The position numbers were made by a program, and so were the translations under genes. The notes below the pieces were generated by a model. The model had not been told where the DNA came from and did not search any database. It saw only the letters and a program-made list of their open reading frames with translations. Positions 1 to 9,077 of a stretch of 64,000 nt of DNA are shown here, piece after piece. Source of the stretch: Phoronis australis (taxonomy: Eukaryota; Animalia; Phoronida). Positions within the stretch are counted from its first letter, which is position 1; each line of letters starts with the position of its first letter. The stretch covers positions 22,792 through 86,791 of the forward strand of contig NMRA01000351.1 of assembly GCA_002633005.1 (NCBI GenBank), given 5' to 3'.

Positions 1-1015
1 ATGAAGATGACGAATATGATGATGGTTGGGGCGATGATGAACAAACATCATGACGTTCATATGACGAACTTAGATGTCATAAATCAGTAAGAAATAGGCT
101 ACAGTCTTGTTCAATTGAAGCTTAACCAACATCAATGCAGTAAGAGTGCTCAACAAAGGAACAGCGCTATCAGAAAATGCAACGGAGACCAAACGAACAG
201 AAAATCTCGAATAATTCAAAAAGTAGACATTGTAGCGGAAAATGGAAAATATCTTCTGAAAGCTCGTTCAAAACTCTATCAAAATTGATAGTATCTCACA
301 ATTCCGTAAATTTTTCGAAAAAAATGAAATTTTGCATTTTTTTTAAGAAATTCAAAGTCAAATAACTTGAAAACGGTAAGTCTGAGAAAAAAATTGTTAT
401 GGGTCGTTTGAAAGACTGTACTTCAAAGAATCCACATGCAAAAATTCACGTCATTCTCTCTTCCTGTTTAAAATGGCACTCCAGCACGACTGAAAATAGG
501 TCAACACGGGCCAAATTCGCCATCTTGGAAGCAACTTCTGGTTTTTTAGATCTGAATAATAGAATGTCATGAGAAACTAACACCTGCAAAAATTTGGAGG
601 AATTGCCCCTATAATGCTCTCTCTACAGTTGAAAACATTTTTTCCCAAAATCGAGGTGCGCATGTGCAATTGGTGATATTTCCACCATCTTAAACCAGAA
701 GTTAACAATTTCCGGAACATTTGTAGCACGCGCCCTCTTGAATAATTGTACCGATTCTCAGCCCCGTACGTACAAAATTATAGCCTCCAGGAGCATTTGA
801 ATCTTAAAATGGAATCAAAATGGCCGCCTTATCCGACATCTTGGATCCGATAATGACGAAAAACTATAGGCTTCCAGGACTTCCGAAGCTACGTGTTATG
901 TGTAAATTTCGTGATGATCGGACGAAAATTATGACCTGTATCGTGCGAACCAACAAAAAAAACTTGACGACAGAGCAACATACTTGTCGGAATTCGAAGA
1001 ATTCCGCCAAGTAAA
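1..1015 (-). mobile_element. Non-autonomous Helentron/HINE-like element (family H1), 5' part, runs off the window start
   Basis: Reverse-complement copy of 27035-29575. The minus-strand start is a T-run plus the hairpin ACTTGGCGGAATTC..GAATTCCGACAAGT. It is inserted at a TT site inside the Kolobok copy at 1016-2677. Confidence 0.7.
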
Positions 1016-1098
1016 AACATTTTTCTGTTATCGGGGTTGTATGTAATGGGTGGAAGACTGTCCTGTCTCCACCATTGTTGTTTTTACCAGTGCGATAC

Positions 1099-1295
1099 AT
1101 GAAAAGGTGCGTTTGTGGAGGCTGTAGTAACAGCAACTTGACTGAGAACACCTCTGTGTTCAAATTTTCTAAATATGTTAAAGTTTCACTGAAATGGCAT
1201 CGGTTTGTGCGCCGCACAGAGTGCGGAATGTAACAAGTAATTCAGTTGGGAGCCGTCACTTTGATCGGCACATTTCAAGGAATCATGTTTCGACC
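1099..1295 (+). pseudogene. Frameshifted THAP zinc-finger remnant (Kolobok transposase N-terminus)
   Basis: Translates MKRCVCGGCSNSNLTENTSVFKFSKYVKVSLKWHRFVRR, then in another frame SAHFKESCFD. This fits the THAP C-x4-C...W...HF pattern. Confidence 0.75.
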
Positions 1296-1357
1296 ACAAA
1301 GGGGCGTTATGATGAAAGACTCGCCACCTTGTAAGTGTATTTGAAAATTTTATAAAT

Positions 1358-1865
1358 CAGGGCTTGGAATTTTCCAAGGAAACGCGGATTTCCACTTTTT
1401 TCAAGTGTTCTGTCCGCGTATTTTATTATATTTCCACGTAAAAAATCGGATTTTTGATTTAAAATTTGCGCAGAAAATTTCTTACCACAGCATTGCCGAC
1501 GATTTTCACCTCGAAAGCGGAAATTGCGCTTTATGTTTCGGAAGAACGTAAATTGTCACCATTGCCTGGGCACCTGGGATAGCGTGGTCTTCTTGAATGG
1601 CGTCTCATGAGAATGTAAATCGCGGTGACAAATACTACGACTCAGTCAGCAGCCAAAAATGGGTGGAGGTGGGAGTGGACAGACGAGCTAAAAAGATGCA
1701 GTTGCATGCTTCTGGAGTTGGTACCTTTTTTTAGTCCTCCCGATGTTTTGTCAGCAAAAGGTCCACATTGAGAAAAATTCGAGCCCCCATTTTCAAGGCT
1801 AGGTGTGCATATGTTTAGGGCCGTAAAAATTTCCGCTTTTTTGTCATGGCTCATTCCAAGCCCTG
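1358..1865. mobile_element. hAT-like MITE with 13-bp TIRs and 6-bp TSD
   Basis: Ends CAGGGCTTGGAAT ... ATTCCAAGCCCTG, with ATAAAT on both sides. The homologous Kolobok copy near 36770 has the empty site. Confidence 0.85.
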
Positions 1866-2140
1866 ATAAATAACTAATATACTGCTTCCATTTTGGGGCG
1901 AGTGATGCTTGGCCTTCATCCCCGGCCCAGATTGAATGCTACGACCCACAGGCTTATGCATTGTGTTTATAGACCGTGCTCCTTCCATCGTGGCAATAGT
2001 GAAAACAAGTGACCCAGGTTTAGTGCCCTTTTCGGTGATTATTAAGTGTCTATTTTGTGAATACTGACCACCCCTTGGTTCAGTTGGTTGTGGCTCACAT
2101 ATGTCTGCATCATTTCTGTGCAAGTTGGTCGAGTTCCTAC

Positions 2141-2319
2141 CAGGGGCGGATCTAGGATTTTTAGTTAGGGGTAGACCAGGGCAGGGTATTAGCCAGGATT
2201 TTGTCCATCAGACGTTCAAATCCACGAACTGCGAAATGGAATCTGGGAGAATTTTACGGGGGGGGGGGGNNNNNNNNNGGGGGGCATGGCCCCCTTGACC
2301 CCCTCTAAAACCGTCACTG
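2141..2319. mobile_element. hAT-like MITE (CAGGGGCGG...CCGTCACTG) spanning an N gap
   Basis: Flanks are CCTAC/CTTAC, and the empty site in the other Kolobok copy reads CATAC. True length is unknown because of Ns at 2270-2278. Confidence 0.6.
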
Positions 2320-3409
2320 CTTACGGCCTCAAAGCTACCGAAAGTTTGCTAAGGTATTTTCAAGTACTTGAGTGTGATGCCCGTATCCATTCTCCTCTGT
2401 GTCCATAATATAATTGTCCAGTTCTAACTCAAAATCATCCACTTCTGATCTGCTGTTCCGCCATTGCAATTGACTGTCAAGTGACCAAACGTCTTCCACC
2501 CACTACATCATTTGGCGGGAAACTTGGAAATAACTAATTTTACTTCAGTATTAAAAAAAATCATGACTGTTTTTCATAAAAAGTGCTTATTTAGTTAGAT
2601 TTTATGGTATTCATTTATTCATTTCATATTAGCTAACTGAAACCTTAAAAACTATGAAAATGCATGGTGGAAACTCTTTAAAACTTTGTACAAATAACTA
2701 TCAAGAAGATGTTATCTTCAAGATTGTGGTTGAGTGGATTTTGAGGTTCTGTGGTTTTATATCCTTTGTGGCTTTAGTTTTGCTAAAATGTTGTTTATCT
2801 ATTTCACCAGACCTTCAAAAATGTCCCTCTTTGAAGTTATGGGAAATGACTTGTATTGTGCTTAGTTTGTGCCATGGTTTTGGTGACTCATCTTTTGGCT
2901 TAAAATCATCATTTTGCTAACTACAATACTTAACTGTTAATGTTCATATGTTCGAAGTGTAAAAAAAGAATTAGAGAATTTACTCTTGGGCTTTATAACT
3001 TGTCAGTTTGTCATTTAGGGGTTTGTGTGTTTTTGTAACAGTTAGTAAAAAAATAGGTACTAAGTATACTTTAAAGGCGAAGGCAACCTTTTTCCAGGTC
3101 ATTTTGAGCTAAAATAAGGTTGGTTGGTTATCCTAGATATATTTTCCACTTAATTACATCTTTTCGTAATTTTATAAATTACTCGTCGGCTACTCCGGAA
3201 GTGACGTTTTAGGAGGCAAGCGTTTCCCGCCACTTGGTTTTGCGTTGACTTTTACCGTTCGAATCTGTTCTAATCTGCTTTTGTTTTGTGCTGTTTTTCG
3301 ACAATTGTCACCACCACTTTCCATCGGCGAGTATTCTGCGGCAAGATAGGTTAGTAGAGAACTCAACTACGTTGGATTTAGGGATTGTTTAGTGTGTTGT
3401 AAGCTGAAA

Positions 3410-3700
3410 ATGGCTGGAGTCGGTGACCCGTATCACAGTGACAGTAGTGACCTTGTTCACAGCAGTGGTGACGAGGAATTTTTTCACGGGCATTCAGTGG
3501 GTGGGTACATGTTTGAGCCCGAGTATAACGAGGCAGCGTACGCATAGGCACAGGCAGCTGTTGAGAGAATCGAGGCGGCTACTGAGGACAGACGTGGTGA
3601 CACATCTTGGTGCAAATGCACTGTGTGAGTTGTTATGCCTACCTCAATGGAATGCTTGTGCTGTTCAGAGTTCGACGAGGCCAAGCCACTACAGGATATG
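3410..3700 (+). pseudogene. KolX-type protein remnant (P2X7 C-terminal ballast / Zn-Cys domain-like), two in-frame stops, truncated
   Basis: Translates MAGVGDPYHSDSSD...GGYMFEPEYNEAAYA*AQ...DRRGDTSWCKCTV*VVMPTSMECLCCSEF. The YxFEP and WCxC..MPT..ECxCCxE motifs are typical of this domain. Not in the ORF track. Confidence 0.85.
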
Positions 3701-3702
3701 GT

Positions 3703-3876
3703 TAAGTGGACCTCCGGCATACCACGGATAGAGGAACAACTGTCCCACTTACCAGAGTGTCCCGCGACACACTCCCACTGGATGGTGACCTGAGCACCCA
3801 AACTGCTTACACCGTGTCGTGTGACTCCCTCGCCACACACCTGGCACCTTCTAAATAGCTCCAACACTTTAGACAA
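3703..3876 (-). pseudogene. Kolobok transposase central Cys/His segment, truncated before the DDE core
   Basis: LELFRRCQVCG...IQWECVAGHSGKWDSCSSIRGMPEVHL gives CxxC...CxxGH..W.S, downstream of the THAP ORF on the same strand. Confidence 0.7.
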
Positions 3877-3980
3877 GTCCTCAATAAACTTATCAAAGTT
3901 TGGCTCACCAATCTGTTCACTGGACGACGAACTGTCCTCTTCACTGGGTGTCTAACTGAGCCTGTAATCACTCCCACTAC

Positions 3981-4499
3981 TCAATATCGCTGCAGGGCTG
4001 CTTGGAGGCTCTGGGCTGGAGAAAACAGCACAGGGCGAATCACTACTGGTTCCAGGAATTGCATGCTCTGGGGTACGTTCGGAGGCACGGGTGCACGGGT
4101 GACAGTAGATGAAGTGCCTCCACTGGCTCCAGTCGCTGTACTGGCCATAACTCGCGAGGCTTCTCGCTTCAAAAACGCACTTCTCGGGGGTGGCGACGGG
4201 GCACTGCCGGGAATCAACGCAGACGGAATGGCATCCTTCTTCAGACGTTGTTTCGCAGGGACCTTCATCAATTCAGCATACAAATCCCTTTCGTAGTCGG
4301 ACGGCAGAAAGTGCTTGCCACACACACGGTAATTCTCCACTGCTTTGTACGTTGCGTGGACGGGTAACGCTGTGTTCTTCACACGAACGAGCCAAGTACG
4401 GCGAAGTGTGTCATCCATCGGAAAGCGATGCAAAGGTACTCCCAAAGCGCGCGTGAGCCGATAATTAGTACATCCTGGTACGCAGCAACAGTGTGGCAT
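3981..4499 (-). CDS. THAP domain ORF (Kolobok transposase N-terminus), 172 aa
   Basis: MPHCCCVPGCTN...LHRFP.D..LRRTW...RVCGKHF...LKKDAIPS is a complete C2CH THAP with an AVPTIF-like box. It lies inside the TIRs. Confidence 0.88.
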   Translation of the reverse strand: MPHCCCVPGCTNYRLTRALGVPLHRFPMDDTLRRTWLVRVKNTALPVHATYKAVENYRVCGKHFLPSDYERDLYAELMKVPAKQRLKKDAIPSALIPGSAPSPPPRSAFLKREASRVMASTATGASGGTSSTVTRAPVPPNVPQSMQFLEPVVIRPVLFSPAQSLQAALQRY

Positions 4500-5019
4500 G
4501 TTGACTGACTTGTAAATAAAAGCAAACGATGACGGAACTTAACACAACCGAGGTAGAACAATGACTGACTCGGCAGCTCTCACAGTCAGACTATATGAAA
4601 AGAAATTGGCACGAAATGCTTGCCTCCTAAAACGTCACTTCCGGAGTAGCGGACGAGTAATTAATAAAATTACGAAAAGCTGTAATTAAGTGGAAATATG
4701 TCTAGGATAACCAACCAACCTTATTTTAGCTCAAAATGACATGGAAGAAGGTTGCCTTCGCCTTTAAAACATTCGTATCAGTGAGGTGACCATATTTCTT
4801 TCGATATAAATATTTAACGTGAAATCTCAAAAATGCTTTTACAATTTTCTGAATTCTCGCTTTAAAGTAGTTTTGTGCGGATGTTGATTTTTTCATGAAA
4901 TTACCAAAGTCCAATTTTTATTAACCATTGTTAATCATTTCTTCTGGAGATTTTGGAGCAGTGGGCATCATTTGAATCGGACCAGACATTTTTGAGATAC
5001 TCTTAAAATATTAAAACTT

Positions 5020-5295
5020 TTGTCACTTTTCTGTTCTCACAACTCTTGTCACTTTTCCATTCTCACTACCTTTTTGTTAATTTTAACATTATCACAACCC
5101 CTTTGTCACTTTTCCATTCGCACAAACTCTTTGTCACTTTCCATTCTCGCAACCCTTTTGCCACTTTTCATTCTCACAACCCTTTTTTGTCACTTTCCAT
5201 TCTCACAACCCTTTGTGACTTTTCTATTCTCACAAACCCTTTGCCGCTTTTCATTCTCACTTTCCATTCTCACAACCCCGTTGTCACTTTCCAAT
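5020..5295. repeat. Minisatellite, ~26-30-bp unit TTGTCACTTTTCCATTCTCACAACCC, ~10 copies
   Basis: Directly visible tandem units. Confidence 0.9.
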
Positions 5296-8200
5296 TTTAA
5301 AAATGCAAAAATGACTACTGTTTACTTTTCAGTTTCAAAAAAGTAATTTCTGTCATGTTCGTTGTTTGCCTTATTGTTCATTTTTTGACTTTAAAATTCA
5401 TATGTTAAACATGTGTGTTCGTTTAATTAGCCATAGTTACATCTCATCCAGCGTTTTTGGTTAAACCCACAGGGACTAACTCCCTTCAATCTACGACTGC
5501 GCCATCAAGTGGTGTGCTGAGGAATTAACTGGATATCCTGGAGATAGTCAATGCACGGTTTCTCATCCACATGCACACAAATCCTGTGAGCGGAAGATTT
5601 GCCTGACATACCTCTAAATTCCAGCTTCAATCCTCTAAATCCCAGCCACGTACCAGTAATCACTAAAATTGAAGTATTAAAAATTAACAGTTTTTCTTGC
5701 AAATCTGTTTCATATGATTGCCTTGTTTACCTAAACATTCAAGAATGAATGGACTCATCGGAGAAAGCCCAAGAGTTATTATCTCTGCGGCGAAGGATGT
5801 TGAAGTTCACTCTCTCCGATTGAATTGCCAGCAGTCACTGGTACGGTGCGCGGCTTTAGACGCTCTGCGGCTGGGTTTAAGATCTTTTATAGACCTAACT
5901 ATCCCCAATTCCCGTACCAGGATGAATTTCAAAAATATTTTGACTTGTTTGCGACAGATGTGATGTGCGATGTCTATGGTTAAAGTGCGACATATTTGTT
6001 TACGTTGATTTCCTTTGTTGGATTTCAGTAGATAATTCATATATTGCAAAGCATCCAGGGGAGGCTTGGATGTACTTATGACTGTAGAGTCATCAAAATT
6101 TATTCAGTCCCATGATGAGGATTTAACACAGCATGTGTAATGACCACCCGACGTGTTTCTGCCATGGTGTTCAAGGACTGCTATTATTTTATAGCCAGAG
6201 AGGCCATACGAGGAAATCTGTGTGTTGATTTTTTTACCATTAGTGGCGGTTCATAAGATGTGAATAGGAAAAGCTAAAGGGCAATTACATTTGTGACGGA
6301 CGTAAAGTAAGAGAACATTTCGATAAATTGTGAAAAAATGTTCATAATAGGAAAATAATTAATACATCAATTGTTAGGTCTCATTGATAGCTTTCAAAGT
6401 CTGTATCAACTTTTCTCCTATCTTTTAATCTGACTGAGAAAATTGCCTTTAAAGGGGTGTGACGGACGTACGCAGACAATTTTTTTTCTAAAAGAAAATT
6501 TTAACGTTGAATTTCTGTGAGTTGCATTACGGTGTTTTCTCTATTAGTTCGTACACTAGTGTACGAACTATTTTTCCCTTGAGAGCTTCGTGTACCAATT
6601 AAGACAAAATTGTCCGTACGAAATATTAGAGAAGAAAGTCGAGTGTTCGAATTATTAGAAATAAAGGTCGATGATGATGACGAGTGCAATGACGGCCTCT
6701 GAGACGGTGGTTTGGCAATGTGAATTATAACAAGTTACAAATTATTTTCCCGGGTGATGGATTTACTTCAAAATATAATGCTAAATGATCTCTTTATCAC
6801 TTTATTTTCTTCCCATGTTTGCAAACTTCAGGAACCACGCCGCCTTCGGAACCTCCGCTTTCTGCGATGTCGTCTGCCGCACTTATTTTCTGGCTGTAGT
6901 GCACTAGATAAAATATGCATTCGAAAAAATCAGGCCACAGAAATGTGAGGGTGGTTTTGCCAACACTCCCAATTCGATTTAGAAGGGAAGGTCTCGGATT
7001 TTGAACAATTCTCATGCCTCACAAAAAGGTGTCAAGTTCTCCCTATTTTGATGAAATTTCCCCGACGCCAGTTGTTTGTTAGTTAGTTCGGGCCAGCTTC
7101 AGCCGAAACAAAATTCTTCCCATAGAATCGAGCCTGAAAAAGCTACGTGGTCGACTGGCAGCCCATGGAATGAAAATTGGCGCTGGTGGGAGGGGGTTGT
7201 AAGGAGAAGAATAAAAAAGATCGCTGAAAGGTGGCTACGGGCCCGAAACATTGAGCCTAGAGCCACGTGGTTCTGGGTAACATTGGGCCCAAGGAATATC
7301 GCAAAGCAATGGGTCTTTTAACCCCATGGGGTCTAAGTTTATTGGCAATTAAATTAACACCTTGGGTGGCTGAAACTTATCTGGTACAGAGTCGAGCAGG
7401 CATGTGTTCAGTAACAGTAGGACCGGCGCTAGGACCTAGCTAAAATCTAGCTGAAGTCACATGCTCTCATTTAAAATACACGGCAATATCTCACATCAAG
7501 AATCTCGCGAAGTCTTGTTTTTAGCGAAGACCTAGCGTTACTGAATGGGAGGCACTATACTCTCTCAGTTACCACTGGCGTTATTCTCGTTTGATGTGCG
7601 ACTTTGAAATGACGCGCGTGTATGTTCCCACACTTGAATCGCTGGAGTGCATGTTACATTGACAGCAACATATGTGAGTGACAGGTGACTTATACATGTG
7701 AGCGTGCTGAGCCCCAGAAAGTATAGTATGGTTGGAGAATGCGTTTGCTGTCTTGCCATAAAGAGACGCATTTCCAAGTCACTGTCTGTCGGGATATTGC
7801 GCGCAAACATCGGGATCGACCAGTGACGATATTGTTGGGGATATAGTAATAGGCTAATCAGGACAGCTTGCATGAAAAATAAATGTTTTTTCATCACAAA
7901 TTCGGTAAGTTGGTCAGTAGTGAATGAAACATTGCTGTGACGTTTTTAATTCATCACATATTGATGTCGTGGTCTGAATTTTTTGCCGGCTCATCCAAAA
8001 ATTTGTAAAAGTAGCCAAAAATACCAGCCAATGAAATGCGTCAAAGATCGGTTCTGAAACAAAGACATCCCATATTCACGCAACATGTTTACAACTCAAT
8101 GAAGAGGGCCGAAGGTTCAACTTGATTTGGAAACAACCAAATAACGGCCGGATTTGCACAAGTGCCAGGTATCTACTTGCTGCCAAAAGTTAGCCCAGGC

Positions 8201-8683
8201 TAGCGTTCTTGGGAATTTTCACGTTGCATGTTATAACTTGATACGAAGTGACAAGTCTCGGCTTGCATTTCCAAATTTCAGGTTGTGAATGTCTAGCGCC
8301 GAGTTGATTTAACAACCGACACTGAACTAGCGCATACTCGCTGAGTTAAGCCAATTTTCTGGTTAGAGCTAGTCACTAACTTACTGCGGCTACCGATCAC
8401 TCGAATAATTGGCGATTTGTTATTTTTACCAACAAAGGTACGAGTACGAACTATTTTTTGCTCGACCACCTACTGTACGAAGTATTTTTCCTAGGACCCT
8501 CACTTATACAGGTTCTTAAAGGAGAATGCCACCCGATTTAATTAGTCTTTTTTGCCGTCTTAACCGGTCTATATCTACATCGCCTCGCATACGGTCGACC
8601 TTACCTTGCCAAGAGGTGTCGCGTTAACCTGTGAGGAAGGTGAGGACGACGCTAGCGACGTCAGTGGTTCATATGCAGAGTGA

Positions 8684-8875
8684 ATGCCGCTACATTGCGG
8701 TGCATCGTTCCCGTTTGTCCAAACTAAGCAGCTGCGAGGAAAGCGGGTATATCGCATTTTTACTTCCTCGAGAGTCCGAAATGCTTAGGAAGTGGCTCAT
8801 GGTAGTGAAGAATGAAATGTATGCTGTAAATAGCAAGTATGAGGCCGTGAAACATCTCCGTGTCTGTGGCCTGCA
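8684..8875 (+). pseudogene. Frameshifted THAP remnant
   Basis: CIVPVCPN* ... PRESEMLRKWLMVVKNEMYAVNSKYEAVKHLRVCGL aligns by eye to PMDDTLRRTWLVRVKNTALPVHATYKAVENYRVCGK of ORF 3981-4499. Confidence 0.8.
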
Positions 8876-8949
8876 GACGTCGACAGTGCCTGACGAATGC
8901 CGGCTTACCAAATAACTCCATACGTTCCGTTGTCTGAGCTTGTTCACGC

Positions 8950-9077
8950 GCCACTCTAGTATTTCTTCATCACTGTATTCCTGTTCGAATTGATAGCCTG
9001 TAAAACTTAACGATCCACCTGCGAAGTCGGGACTGATGAGCTCTAGCTCGTCCTAAGTCGGGATTGCGAGTTGCCAT
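8950..9077 (-). pseudogene. KolX N-terminal remnant
   Basis: ATG at 9077; after a frameshift it reads DELELISPDFAGGSLSFTGYQFEQEYSDEEILEW, matching GYMFEPEYNE of 3410-3700. Confidence 0.65.

Larger units (their letters stand above)
1016..2677 (+). mobile_element. Decayed Kolobok element (family K3, copy A); other end lies upstream of the window
   Basis: Right end CATGGTGGAAACTCT|TTAA (TTAA at 2678-2681). After removing nested inserts it is collinear, in inverted orientation, with 30078-30172 plus 36234-37140. Carries a THAP remnant on + and a KolX-like remnant on - (ATG near 2464). Confidence 0.85.
3075..4763. mobile_element. Internally deleted Kolobok DNA transposon (family K1) with ~150-bp TIRs
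   Basis: TTAA TSD at 3071-3074 and 4764-4767; termini AGGCGAAGGCAACC..GGTTGCCTTCGCCT; TIRs 3075-3226 and 4613-4763. Contains convergent THAP/transposase and KolX remnants. Confidence 0.93.

Noticed and set aside
9028-9062. Hammerhead-like CTGATGAG-CTCTAG-CTC
   Set aside because: Followed by GTCC rather than the required GAAA, no stems I/III evident, and it is antisense to the KolX remnant.
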